64,000 nucleotides of DNA, from NCBI RefSeq assembly GCF_963921235.1, contig NC_086109.1, positions 1,178,001 through 1,242,000 on the forward strand, read 5' to 3'. Positions 1-13,562 of the stretch are shown here, piece by piece. The position numbers were made by a program, and so were the translations under genes. Every line of letters starts with the position of its first letter. Within the stretch, counting starts at the first letter, position 1. Below the pieces are notes generated by a model. That model ran no database searches. It saw only the letters and a program-made list of their open reading frames with translations, and was not told the DNA's origin. The stretch is from Mobula hypostoma. Its lineage: Eukaryota.

Positions 1-3000
1 CTCTCCCCTCACACACTCCCTCCTCTCCCCTCACACATTCCCTCCTCTCCCCTCACACACTCTCTCCTCTCCCAACACACACTCCCTCCTCTCCTCCATC
101 ACACACTCTCTCCTCTCCCCATGCAGACTCCCTCCTCTCCTCTCACATCTCCCTCCACTCCTCTCTCACCTCACACACCCCCTCCTCTCCCCTCTCAGAC
201 TCCCTCTTCTCCCCTCACACACTCCCTCCTCTCCCCTTACACACTCCCTCCTCTCCCCTCATCACACACAAACTCTCTCCGCCTCCCTCACACACTCCCT
301 CCTCACCCCTCACACACCCCCTCCTCTCCCCTCACACACTCCCTACTCTCCCCTCACACACTCCCTCCAATCCCCTCTCCCCTCACACACTCCGTCCTCT
401 CCCCTCACAGACTCCCTCTTCTCCACTCACACCCTCCTCTCCCCTCACACACCCCCTCCTCTCCCCTCACCCACTCTCTCCACTCCCCTCTCCCCTCACA
501 CACTCCCTCCTCTCCCCTCACAGACTCCCTCTTCTCCCCTCACACACTCCCTCTTCTCCCCTTACACACTCCCTCTTCTCCCTTCATCACACACAAACTC
601 CCTCCGCCTCCCTCACACACTCCCTCCTCACCCCTCACACACTCCCTCCACTCCCCTCACACACCCCCTCCTCCCCCCTCACCCACTCTCTCCACTCCCC
701 TCTCCCCTCACACACTCCCTCCTCTCCCCTCACAGACTCTGTCTTCTCCCCTCACACACCCCCTCTTCTCCCCTCACCCACTCTCTCCACTCCCCTCTCC
801 CCTCACACACTCCCTCCTCTCCCCTCACAGACTCTGTCTTCTCCCCTCACACACCCCCTCTTCTCCCCTCACCCACTCTCTCCACTCCCCTCTCCCCTCA
901 CACACTCCCTCCTCTCCCCTCACAGACTCCCTCTTCTCCCCTCACACACTCCCTCTTCTCCCCTTACACACTCCCTCTTCTCCCTTCATCACACACAAAC
1001 TCCCTCCGCCTCCCTCACACACTCCCTCCTCACCCCTCACACACTCCCTCCACTCCCCTCACACACCCCCTCCTCCCCCCTCACCCACTCTCTCCACTCC
1101 CCTCTCCCCTCACACACTCCCTCCTCTCCCCTCACAGACTCTGTCTTCTCCCCTCACACACCCCCTCTTCTCCCCTCACACACTCCCTCCTCTCCCCTCA
1201 CACACTCCCTCCACTCCCCTCACACACTCCCTCCTCTCCTCCCTCACACACTCCCTCCTCCTCCCTCACACACTCCCTTCTCTCCTCCCTCAGACACTCA
1301 TTCCTCTCCCCTCTCCCCTCACACACTCTCTCCTCTCCCCTCACACACTCCCTCCTCCTCCCTCACACACTCCCTCCTCACCCCTCACACACTCCCCCTC
1401 TCCCCTCACACACTCCCTCCTCTCCCCTCATACATTCCCTCCTCCCCCTCACACACTCCCTCCTTTCCTCCCTCACACACTCCCTTCTCTTCCCTCACAC
1501 ACACCCTCTTCTCCCCTCACACACTCCCTGCTCTCCCCTCATCACACACAAACTCCCTCCGCCTCCCTCACACACTCCCTCCTCTCCCCTCACACAATCC
1601 CTCCTATCCCCTCACACACTCCCTCCACTCCCCTCACACACTCCCTCCTCTCCCCTCACCCACTCCCTCCTCCTCCTCGCTCACACACTCCCTCCTCTCC
1701 TCCCTCAGACACTCCTTCCTCTCCCCTCTCCCCTCACACACTCCCTCCTCTCCCTTCACACACTCCCTCCTCCTCCCTCACACACTCCCTCCTCTTCCCT
1801 CACACACACCCTCCTCTCCCCTCACACACTCCCTCCTCCTCCCTCACACACTCCCTCCTCTCCCCTCACTCACTCCCCCTCTCCCCTCACACACTCCCTC
1901 CTCTCCTCCCTCACACACTCCCTCCTCTCCTCCCTCACACACTCCTTCCTCTCCCCTCTCCCACTCCCTCCTCTCCCCTCACACACTCCCTCCTCCTCCC
2001 TCACATACTCCCTTCTCTCCCCTCACTCGCTCCCCTTCTCCCCTCACACTCCCTCCTCTCCCCTCACACATTCCCTCCTTCCCCCTCACACACTCCCTGC
2101 TCTCCCCTCACACAGTCTCTCCTCTCCCCATGCAGACTCCTTCCTCTCCTCTCACACAATCCCTCCTCTTCCCACACCCACTCCCTCCTCTCCTCCCTCA
2201 CACACTCCCTCCTCTCCTCCCTCACACACTCCTTCCTCTCCCCTCTCCCCTCACACACTCCCTCCTCCTCCCTCAGATACTCCCTTCTCTCCCCTCACAC
2301 GCTCCCCTTCTCCCCTCACACTCCCTCCTCTCCCTTCACACATTCCCTCCTCCTCCTCACACACTCCCTCCTCTCCCCACACACACTCCCTCCTCCTCCC
2401 TCACACACTCCCTGCTCTCCCCTCACACAATCCCTCCTCTCCCCTCACACACTCCCTCCACTCCCCTCACACACTCCCTCCTCTCCTCCCTCACACACTC
2501 CCTCCTCCGCCCTCACACACTCCCTCCTCTCCTCCCTCAGACAGTCACTCCTCTCCCCTCTCCCCTCACACACTCCCTCCTCTCCCCTCGCACACTCCCT
2601 CCTCTCCCCTCACTCACTCGCTCCTTCTCCCTCACACACTCCCTCCTCCTCTCTCACACACTCCCTCTTCTCCTCCCTCACACACTCTCTCCTCTCCCCA
2701 TGCAGACTCCCTCCTCTCCCCTCACACACTCCTTCTTCTCCTCCCTCACACACTCCCTCCTCCTCCCTCACACACTCCCTCCTCTCCCCTCACACACTCC
2801 CTCCTCCTCCCTCACATACTCCCTTCTCTCCCCTCGCTCCCCTTCTCCCCTCACACTCCCTCCTCTCCCTTCACACATTCCCTCCTCTCCCTCACACACT
2901 CCCTCCTCTCCCCACACACTCCCTCCTCTCATCCCTCAAACACTCCCTCCTCTCCCCTCACACACTCCCTCCTTCTCCCTCACACTCCCTCCTCCTCTCT

Positions 3001-6000
3001 CACACACACTCCCTCCTCTTCCCACGCAGGCTCCCTCCTCTCCCCTCACACACTCCCTCCTTCTCCCTCACACTCTCCCTCCTCCTCTCTCACACACACT
3101 CCCTCCCCTTCCCACGCAGGCTCCCTCCTCTCCCCTCACACACTCCCTCCTCTCCACTCACACACTCCCTCCTCTCCCCTCACACATTCCCTCCTTCTCC
3201 CTCACACACTCTCTCCTCTCCCCATGCAGACTCCCTCCTCTCCTCTCACATCTCCCTTCACTCCCCTCTCCCCTCACACACCCCCTCCTCTCCCCTCACA
3301 GACTCCCTCTTCTCCCCTCACACACTCCCTCTTCTCCCCTTACACACTCCCTCCTCTCCCCTCATCACACACAAACTCCCTCCACCTCCCTCACACACTC
3401 CCTCCTCACCCCTCACACACTCCCTCCACTCCCCTCACACACCCCCTCCTCTCCCCTCACCCACTCCCTCCACTCCCCTCTCCCCTCACACACTCCCTCC
3501 TCTCCCCTCACACACTCCCTCTTCTCCCCTCACACACTCCCTCTTCTCCCCTCACACACTCCCCCTCTCCCCTCACACACTCCCTCCTCTCCCCCATACA
3601 TTCCCTCCTCCACCTCACACACTCCCTCCTCTCCCCACACAGTCCCTCCTCTCCTCCCTCAAACACTCCCTCCTCTCCACTCACACACTCCCTCCTCTCC
3701 CCACGCAGACTTCCTCCTCTCCCCTCACACACTCCCTCCTCTCCCCTCACACAATCCCTCCTCTCCCCTCACACACTCTCTCCTCTCCCCACACACACTC
3801 CCTCCTCTCCTCCATCACACACTCTCTCTCCTCCCCATGCAGACTCCCTCCTCTCCTCTCACATCTCCCTCCACTCCTCTCTCACCTCACACGCCTCCTC
3901 CTCTCCCCTCTCAGACTCCCTCTTCTCCCCTCACACACTCCCTCTTCTCCCCTAACACACTCCCTCCTCTCCCCTCATCACACACAAACTCCCTCCGCCT
4001 CCCTCACACACTCCCTCCTCACCCCTCACACACTCCCTCCTCACCCCTCACACACCCCCTCCTCTCCCCTCACACACTCCCTACTCTCCCCTCACACACT
4101 CCCTCCACTCCCCTCTCCCCTCACACACTCCGTCCTCTCCCCTCACAGACTCCCTCTTCTCCCCTCACACACTTCCTCCTCTCCCCTCACACACCCCCTC
4201 CTCTCCCCTCACACACTCCTCCCCTCAAACACTCCCTCCACTCCCCTCCCACACCCCCTCCTCTCCCCTCACACACTCCCTCCACTCCCCTCTCCCCTCA
4301 CACACTCCGTCCTCTCCCCTCACAGACTCCCTCTTCTCCCCTCACACACTCCCTCTTCTCCCCTCACACACTCCCCCTCTCCCCTCACACACTCCCTCCT
4401 CTCCCCTCACACACTCCCTCCTCACCCCTCACACACTCCCTCCTCCTCCCTCACACACTCCTTCCTCTCCCCTCACACACTCCCCCTCTCCCCTCACACA
4501 CTCCCTCCTCTCCCCTCATACATTCCCTCCTCCCCCTCACACACTCCCTCTTCTCCCCTCACACACTCCCTCCTCTCCCCTCATCACACACAAACTCCCT
4601 CCGCCTCCCTCACACACTCCCTCCTCTCCCCTCACACAATCCCTCCTATCCCCTCACACACTCCCTCCACTCCCCGCACACACTCCCTCCTCCTCCTCGC
4701 TCACACACTCCCTCCTCTCCTCCCTCAGACACTCCTTCCTCTCCCCTCTCCCCTCACACACTCCCTCCTCGCCCCTCACACACTCCCTCCTCCTCCCTCA
4801 CACACTCCCTTCTCTTCCCTCACACACACCCTCCTCTCCCCTCACACACTGCCTCCTCCTCCCTCACACACTCCCTCGTCTCCCCTCACTCACTCCCCCT
4901 CTCCCCTCACACACTCCCTCCTCTCCTCCCTCACACACTCCCTCCTCTCCTCCCTCACACACTCCTTCCTCTCCCCTCTCCCACTCCCTCCTCTCCCCTC
5001 ACAGACTCCCTCCTCCTCCCTCACATACTCCCTTCTCTCCCCTCACTCGCTCCCCTTCTCCCCTCACACTCCCTCCTCTCCCTTCACACATTCCCTCCTC
5101 CCCCTCACACACTCCCTCCTCTCCCCACACACTCCCTCCTCTCTCCTCACACACTCCCTCCTCTCCCCTCACACATTCCCTCCTTCTCCCTCACACACTC
5201 CCTGCTCTCCCCTCACACAGTCTCTCCTCTCCCCATGCAGACTCCTTCCTCTTCTCTCACACAATCCCTCCTCTTCCCACACCCACTCCCTCCTCTCCTC
5301 CCTCACACACTCCCTCTTCTCCTCCCTCACACACTCCTTCCTCTCCCCTCTCCCCTCACACACTCCCTCCTCCTCCCTCAGATACTCCCTTCTCTCCCCT
5401 CACACGCTCCCCTTCTCCCCTCACACTCCCTCCTCTCCCTTCACACATTCCCTCCTCCTCCTCACACACTCCCTCCTCTCCCCACACACTCCCTCCTCCT
5501 CCCTCACACACTCCCTGCTCTCCCCTCACACAATCCCTCCTCTCCCCTCACACACTCCCACCACTCCCCTCACACACTCCCTCCTCTCCTCCCTCACACA
5601 CTCCCTCCTCCGCCCTCACACACTCCCTCCTCTCCTCCCTCAGACAGTCACTCCTCTCCCCTCTCCCCTCACACACTCCCTCCTCTCCCCTCACACACTC
5701 CCTCCTCCTCCCTCGCACACTCCCTCCTCTCCCCTCACTCACTCGCTCCTTCTCCCTCACACACTCCCTCCTCCTCTCTCACACACTCCCTCTTCTCCTC
5801 CCTCACACACTCTCTCCTCTCCCCATGCAGACTCCCTCCTCTCCCCTCACACACTCCCTCCTCCCCTCCCTCACACACTCCCTCCTCCTCCCTCACATAC
5901 TCCCTTCTCTCCCCTCACTTGCTCCCCTTCTCCCCTCACACTCCCTCCTCTCCCTTCACACATTCCCTCCTCTCCCTCACACACTCCCTCCTCTCCCCAC

Positions 6001-8351
6001 ACACTCCCTCCTCTCATCCCTCAAACACTCCCTCCTCTCCCCTCACACACTCCCTCCTTCTCCCTCACACTCTCCCTCCTCCTCTCTCACACACACTCCC
6101 TCCTCTTCCCACGCAGGCTCCCTCCTCTCCCCTCACACACTCCCTCCTCTCCCCTCACACATTCCCTCCTTCTCCCTCACACACTCCCTGCTCTCCCCTC
6201 ACACAGTCTCTCCTCTCCCCATGCAGACTCCTTCCTCTCCTCTCACACAATCCCTCCTCTTCCCACACCCACTCCCTCCTCTCCTCCCTCACACACTCTC
6301 TCCTCTCCCCACACACTCCCTCCTCTCATCCCTCAAACACTCCCTCCTCTCCCTTCACACACTCCCTCCTTCTCCCTCACACTCTCCCTCCTCCTCTCTC
6401 ACACACACTCCCTCCTCTTCCCACGCAGGCTCCCTCCTCTCCCCTCACACACTCCCTCCTCTCCCCTCACACATTCCCTCCTTCTCCCTCACACACTCCC
6501 TGCTCTCCCCTCACACAGTCTCTCCTCTCCCCATGCAGACTCCTTCCTCTCCTCTCACACAATCCCTCCTCTTCCCACACCCACTCCCTCCTCTCCTCCC
6601 TCACACACTCTCTCCTCTCCCCACACACTCCCTCCTCTCATCCCTCAAACACTCCCTCCTCTCCCCTCACACACTCCCTCCTTCTCCCTCACACTCTCCC
6701 TCCTCCTCTCTCACACACACTCCCTCCTCTTCCCACGCAGGCTCCCTCCTCTCCCCTCACACACTCCCTCCTCTCCCCTCACACATTCCCTCCTTCTCCC
6801 TCACACTCTCCCTGCTCTCCCCTCACACAGTCTCTCCTCTCCCCATGCAGACTCCCTCCTCTCCTCTCACATCTCCCTTCACTCCCCTCTCCCCTCACAC
6901 ACCCCCTCCTCTCCCCTCACAGACTCCCTCTTCTCCCCTCACACACTCCCTCTTCTCCCCTTACACACTCCCTCCTCTCTCCCATCACACACAAACTCCC
7001 TCCGCCTCCCTCACACACTCCCTCCTCACCCCTCACACAGTCCCTCTTCTCCCCTCACACACTCCCTCCTCTCCCCTCACACACTCCCTCCACTCCCCTC
7101 ACACACTCCCTCCTCTCCTCCCTCAGACACTCCTTCCTCTCCCCTCTCCCCTCACACTCCCTCCTCTCCCCTCACACACTCCCTCCTCCTCCCTCACACA
7201 CTCCCTTCTCTTCCCTCACACACACCCTCTTCTCCCCTCACACACTCCCTGCTCCTCCCTCACACACTCCCTCCTCTCCCCTCACACACTCACCCTCTCC
7301 CCTCAGACACTCCCTCCACTCCCCTCTTCCCTCACACACTCCCTCCTCTCCCCTCACACACTCCCTTCACTCCCCTCTTCCCTCACACACTCCCTCCTCT
7401 CCCCACGCAGACTCCCTCCTCTCCCCTCACACACTCCCTCCACTCCCCTCACACACTCACTCCTCCTCCCTCACACACTCCCTTCTCTTCCCTCACACAC
7501 ACCCTCCTCTCCCCTCACACACTCCCTCCTCCTCCCTCACACACTCCCTCCTCCCCCTCACACACTCCCCCTCTCCCCTCACACACTCCCTCCTCTCCCC
7601 TCACACACTCCCTCCTCCCCCCACACACTCCCTCCTCTCCCCACACACTCCCTCCTCTCCTCCCTCAAACACTCCCTCCTCTCCCCTCACACACTCCCTC
7701 CTTCTCCCTCACACACTCCCTCCTCCTCTCTCACACACTCCCTCCTCTCCTCCCTCACACACTCTCTCCTCTCCCCATGCAGACTCCCTCCTCTCCTCTC
7801 ACACACTCCCTCCTCTTCCCACACACACTCCCTCCTCTCCTCCCTCACACACTCCCTCCTCTCCTCCCTCACACACTCCCTCCTCTCCCCTCACACACTC
7901 CCTCCTCCTCCCTCACATACTCCCTTCTCTCCCCTCACACGCTCCCCTTCTCCCCTCACACTCCCTCCTCTCCCTTCACACATTCCCTCCTCCCCCTCAC
8001 ACACTCCCTCCTCTCCTCCCTCAAACACTCCCTCCTCTCCCCTCACACACTCCCTCCTTCTCCCTCACACACTCCCTCCTCCTCTCTCACACACTCCCTC
8101 CTCTCCTCCCTCACACACTCTCTCCTCTCCCCATGCAGACTCCCTCCTCTCCTCTCACACACTCCCTCCTCTTCCCTCACACACTCCCTCCTCTCCTCCC
8201 TCACACACTCCTTCCTCTCCCCTCTCCCCTCACACTCCCTCCTCTCCCTTCACACATTCCCTCCTCCCCCTCACACACTCCCTCCTCTCGCCACACACTC
8301 CCTCCTCCTCCCTCACACACTCCCTCCTCTCCCCTCACACATTCCCTCCTC
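1..8351. repeat. C/T/A-rich low-complexity satellite, core ~CCCCTCACACACTCCCTCCTCT, with higher-order duplications
   Basis: Almost G-free + strand built from variants of one ~22-nt motif. Diagnostic variants recur with a 312-bp period (ctctcatccctcaaac at 6011, 6323, 6635) and a ~402-bp period (ccttcatcac at 581, 983). Runs off the left window edge. Confidence 0.95.
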
Positions 8352-11300
8352 CTGGGATATTTCTGTTCGCGTCCAAGATATCCTGAAGTAGGAGGGTGAG
8401 GAGCCAGAGGTCGAGGTACGTATAGGTACCAATGATATAGGTAGGAAAAAAGAAGAGGTCCTGAAAAGAGATTATCGGGAGTTAGGAAGGGAGTTGAGAA
8501 AAAGGACTGCAAAGGTAGTAATCTCGGGATTACTGCCTGTGCCACGCCACAGTGAGAGTAGGAATGAGATGAGGTGGAGGATAAATGCGTGGCTGAGGGA
8601 TTGGAGCAGGGGGGCAGGGATTCAAGTTTTTGGATCATTGGGACCTCTTTAGGCGCAGGCGTGACCTGTACAAAAAGGACGGGTTACACTTGAATCCTAG
8701 GGGGACCAATATCCTGGCAGGGAGGTTTGCAAGGGCCACTGAGGTGATTTTAAACTAGAATGGTTGGGGAGTGGGAATCAAATTAAAGAGACTAGGCGAG
8801 AGGAGGTTAGTTCACGACAGGGGGATGGGAAGCAGTGCAGAGAGACAGAGGGGTGTAAAATGAGGGTAGAAGGAAAAAGTAGTAAGGTGAAAAGTAAAAG
8901 TGGCAGGCTGGCAAATCCAGGGCAAAAATCAAAAAGGGCCACTTTTCAACATAATTGTATAAGGGCTAAGAGTGTTGTTAAAAGCGAGCCTGAAGGCTTT
9001 GGGTGTCAATGCAAGGAGCATTCGTAACAAGGTGCATGAATTGAAAGTGCAGATTGGTATTAATGATTATGATATAGTTGGGATCACAGAGACATGGCTC
9101 CAGGGTGACCAAGGATGGGAGCTCAACGTTCAGGGATATTCAATATTCAGGAGGGATAGACATGAAAGAAAAGGAGGTGGGGTGGCGTTGCTGGTTAAAG
9201 AGGAGATTAACACAATAGAAAGGAAGGACATTAGCCGGGAAGATGTGGAATCGATATGGGTAGAGCTGCATAGCACTAAGGGGCAGGAAACACTGGTGGG
9301 AGTTGTGTACAGGCCACCTAACAGTAGTAGTGAGGTCGGGGATGGTATTAAACAGGAAATTAGAAATGTGTGCAATAAAGGAACAGCAGTTGTAATGGGA
9401 GACTTCAATTTACATATAGATCGGGTGAACCAAATTGGTAAGGGTGCTGAGGAAGAGGATTTCTTGGAATGTATGCGGGATGGTTTTTTGAACCAACATG
9501 TAGAGGAACCAACTAGAGAGCAGGCTATTCTAGACTGGGTATTGAACAATGAGGAAGGGTTAATTAGCAATCTTGTCATGAGAGGCCCCTTGGGTAAGAG
9601 TGACCATAATATGGTGGAATTCTTCATTAAGATGGAGAGTGACGTAGTTAATTCAGAAACAAAGGTTCTGAACTTAAAGAAGGGTAACTTTGAAGGTATG
9701 AGACGTGAATTAGCTAAGGTAGACTGGCAAATGATACTTAAAGGGTTGACAGTGGATATGCAATGGCAAGCATTTAAAGGTTGCATGGATGAACTACAAC
9801 AATTGTTCATCCCAGTTTGGCAAAAGAATAAATCAAGGAAGGTAGTGCACCCGTGGCTGACAAGGGAAATTAGGGATAGTATCAATTCCAAAGAAGCAGC
9901 ATACAAATTAGCCAGAGAAAGTGGCTCACCTGAGGACTGGGAGAAATTCAGAGTTCAGCAGAGGAGGACAAAGGGCTTAATTAGGAAAGGGTAAAAAGAT
10001 TATGAGAGAAAACTGGCAGGGAACATAAAAACTGACTGTAAAAGCTTTTATAGATATATGAAAAGAAGAAGATTGGTTAAGACAAATGTAGGACCCTACA
10101 GACAGAAACAGGTGAATTGATTATGGGGAGCAAGGACATGGCAGACCAATTGAATAACTACTTTGGTTCTGTCTTCACTAAGGAGGACATAAATAATCTT
10201 CCGGAAATAGTAGGGGACAGAAGGACTACTGAGATGGAAGAACTGAGCGAAATACATGTTAGTAGGGAAGTGGTGTTAGGTAAATTGAAGGGATTAAGGG
10301 CAGATAAATCCCCAGGGTCAGATGGTCTGCATCCCAGAGTGCTTAAGGAAGTAGCCCAAGAAATAGTGGATGCATTAGTGATAATTTTTCAAAACTCTTT
10401 AGATTCTGTACCAGTTCCTGAGGATTGGAGGGTGGCTAATGTAACCCCACTTTTTATAAAAGGAGGGAGAGAGAAACCAGGGAATTATAGACCGGTTAGC
10501 CTGACATCGGTGGTTGGGAAAATGTTACAGTCAGTTATCAGAGATGTGATAACAGCACATTGGGAAAGCAGTGAAATCATCGGACAAAGTCAGCATGGAT
10601 TTGTGAAAGGAAAATCATGTCTGACGAATCTCATAGAATTTTTTGAGGATGTAACTAGTAGAGTGGATAGGGGAGAACCAGTGGATGTGGTATATTTGGA
10701 TTTTCAAAAGGCTTTTGACAAGGTCCCACACAGGAGATTAGTGTGCAAACTTAAAGCATACGGTATTGGGGATAAGGTATTGATGTGGATAGAGAATTGG
10801 TGGGCAGACAGGAAGCAAAGAGTGGGAATAAACGGGACCTTTTCAGAATGGCAGGTGGTGACTAGTGGGGTACCGCAAGGCTCAGTGCTGGGACCCCAGT
10901 TGTTTACAATATATATTAATGACTTAGATGAGGGAATTAAATGCAGCATCTCCAAGTTTGCAAATGACGCGAAACTGGGTGGCAGTGTTAGCTGTGAGGA
11001 GATGCTAAGAGGATGCAGGGTGACTTGGATAGGTTAGGTGAGTGGGCAAATTAATGGCAGATGGCAATTTAATGTGGATAAATGTGACGTTATCCACTTT
11101 GGTGGCAAAAACAGGAAAACAGATTATTATCTGAATGGTGGCCGATTAGGAAAAGGGGAGGTGCAACGAGACCTGGGTGTCATTATACACCAGTCATTGA
11201 AAGTGGGCATGCAGGTACAGCAGGCGGTGAAAAAGGTGAATGGTATGCTGGCATTTATAGCGAGAGGATTCGAGTACAGGAGCAGGGAGGAACTACTGCA

Positions 11301-12089
11301 GTTGTACAAGGCCTTGGTGAGACCACACCTGGAGTATTGTGTAACACACATCAAAGTTGCTGGTAAACGCAGCAGGCCAGGCAGCATCTATTGGAAGAGT
11401 TTCAGTCAACGTTTCAGAACGTCGACTGCACCTCTTCCAATAGATGCTGCCTGGCCTGCTGCGTTTACCAGCAACTTTGATGTGTGTTGCTTGAATTTCC
11501 AGCATCTGCAGAATTCCTGTTGTTACGTCTGGAGTATTGTGTGCAGTTTTGGTCCCCTGATTTGAGGAAAGACATTCTTGCTATAGAGGGAGTACAAAGA
11601 AGATTCACCAGATTGTTTCCTGGGATGGCAGGACTTTCATATGATGAAAGACTGGATGAACTAGGCTTATACTCGTTGGAATTTAGAAGATTGAGGGGGG
11701 ATCTTATTGAAACGTATAAAATCCTAGAGGGATTGGACAGGCTAGATGCAGGAAGATTGTTCCCGATGTTGGGGAAATCCAGAACGAGGGGTCACAGTTT
11801 GAGGATAAAGGGGAAGCCTTTTAGGACCGAGATTAGGAAAAACTTCTTCACACAGAGAGTGGTGAATCTGTGGAATTCTCTGCCACAGGAAACAGTTGAG
11901 GCCAGTTCATTGGCTATATTTAAGAGGGAGTTAGATATAGCCCTTGTGGCTAAAGGGATCGGGGGTATGGAGGGAAGGCTGGTACAGGGTTCTGAGTTGG
12001 ATGATCAGCCATGATCGTACTGAAGGGCGGTGCAGGCTCGAAGGGCCGAATGGCCTACTCCTGCACCTATTTTCTATGTTTCTATGTTT
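8352..12089 (+). mobile_element. CR1-clade LINE, 5'-truncated in ORF1, with a near-complete but disrupted ORF2
   Basis: ORF1 SGNH-esterase tail (GTNDIG...DGLHLN, stop ~8758). APE endonuclease motifs (GITETW, GDFN, SDHN). RT motifs ([31 protein letters not shown] mutated to FAND). Stop at 9992-9994 and frameshifts near 10100 and 11000. 3' tail tttctatgtttctatgttt. Confidence 0.95.
11343..11528. mobile_element. Palindromic Penelope-pLTR-derived insertion inside the CR1
   Basis: 14-bp TSD ctggagtattgtgt (11329-11342 and 11529-11542). Perfect 57-bp inverted arms at 11343-11399 and 11432-11488. Sequence matches the pLTR at 43128-43230. Confidence 0.9.
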
Positions 12090-12318
12090 GCTTCCCCCTC
12101 ACACACTCCCTCCTCTCCCCTCTCACACTCTCCCCTCACCCCACACTCTCTCCCCTCACCCCACACACTCTCCCCTCTCCCCACACACTCTCCCCTCACC
12201 CCACACACCCTCCCCCCTCACCCCACACACTTTCCCCTGACCACACGCACTCTCTCCCCTCACTCCACACCCTCTCCCCTCACCCCTCTCCCCACACCCC
12301 ACACTCTCCCTCCTCTTC
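12090..12318. repeat. Continuation or variant of the C/T/A satellite
   Basis: cccctcaccccacacactct-type units resume directly after the CR1 tail. Confidence 0.85.
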
Positions 12319-12532
12319 ATAAGTGACAATCTTCAGACTGTTCGGTAATGAATTCCATCTGCCATTTCTCATCCTATCGATTTCCCGTTATACCCCACAG
12401 GTCAGATTTCTCAGTAATCTGACAATGGTTCCACCACAATCTCCAGATCAGTACATTTCTCCTCATGGCCCCCCAACAGGAACATTAACAGTGTTGCTCT
12501 CTCTACATCTGCCGCCTCTCGTTTATATCTCT

Positions 12533-13464
12533 TGTGATGAGAGAGGGTTACAAAGAGTACACATAGATTAAGATGTTAACTGTCCTGTGCTGGCACCAGT
12601 GGGATCAACAGTTGATCTGCCACCTGTCTTCAGGAGAAAGGGAGATAAATAAGACAATGGAGCAGCATTTGGAAATGTTAATGAAGAGACGAGAGAGTTT
12701 AACGGAAGGAGACACCGGTCTGAGTATTTGTCAAGACCGGCTCCTCTTTGAACCCTGAACTGTTTGAAGTGTCATGGGCAGGTGATATCCCAGCAGGGGA
12801 ATAAAAAGGGACAGGTTCGCTAAGGTTGGACACACACGGCACCCCAAGGTACGAAACCCTGGAAGCGGTGCGCCTCCCACAAGTCGGTGGGAATCTTTGG
12901 AGGGCTGGTCGCGGGCCCAAGCCGTAGACGCACAGGGTGGAAAGGTACGATCGGCGGGAACTTGGTGTGTGTCCGCCCTTGCCTGGGTGCCAGGTTCACT
13001 GCAGAGGAATGATCGTATCTGAAACGGAGGAGTCACAGTCAGTGACCTCAGAAGACATTACAAAAGGGCTCGCCCGAAAGCTGACTGCGAAGAACATCGA
13101 AGGTCTGTGTGGAAGCCGTTTTGAATATTCATTTGCTTTCGCTCTCTCTCTCCTTCCTCCCCCCCCATCCACCGGCACGGCAGTGATTACTGTGAACTGA
13201 ACTGAACTCAATTGAACTGAACTTTGCGTCACTTTGAAACTGGTCATTTATCCCTAGACAACGATAGAGCTTGATTGATCCTGTTATCCTAGTTCTGTGT
13301 ACATGTGTGTTTATCATTGCTGAACTGTTGCATTTATTATCCTTTTGATTAGAGTACAGTGTTGCTTATTTCTTTAATAAAACTTTCTTAGTTCCAGTAA
13401 TCCAGACTCCAACTGAGTGATCCATTTCTGCTGGTTTGGCAACCCAGTTACGGGGTACGTAACA
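12533..13464 (+). repeat. 5' LTR (932 bp)
   Basis: tgtgatgagagaggg...ggggtacgtaaca, a direct repeat of 16686-17628. AATAAA at ~13376. Confidence 0.95.
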
Positions 13465-13468
13465 TAAG

Positions 13469-13486
13469 TGGGGGCTCGTCCGGGAT
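13469..13486 (+). promoter_or_regulatory. Primer-binding site complementary to the tRNA-Pro 3' end
   Basis: TGGGGGCTCGTCCGGGAT, the canonical 18-nt PBS-Pro, 4 nt after the LTR end. Confidence 0.92.
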
Positions 13487-13562
13487 TTTGAATGCTAAAT
13501 TTGGGGCGGAGTAAATTGATTGGGTTAAAATTCCCGAAAGAAGAAAAAGGCAAACAGCAGAA

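Noticed and set aside
121..8399. Giant P/S/H/T/L-rich ORFs (2756, 2089 and 853 aa), mucin- or extensin-like
   Set aside because: Open in several frames at once because the G-poor satellite almost never forms stop codons. No signal peptide or domain, and they end inside a CR1.
12320..12532. Possible IgC2 exon (NLTCGV on the - strand)
   Set aside because: Stops nearby, no second cysteine motif or splice sites, and it contains a degenerate CR1 phrase (gataggatgagaaatggcagatggaattc).
13469..13486. tRNA gene or gammaretrovirus suggested by the tRNA-Pro match
   Set aside because: Only the 18-nt PBS matches. The internal domains are Gypsy/Gmr1-like and there is no env.
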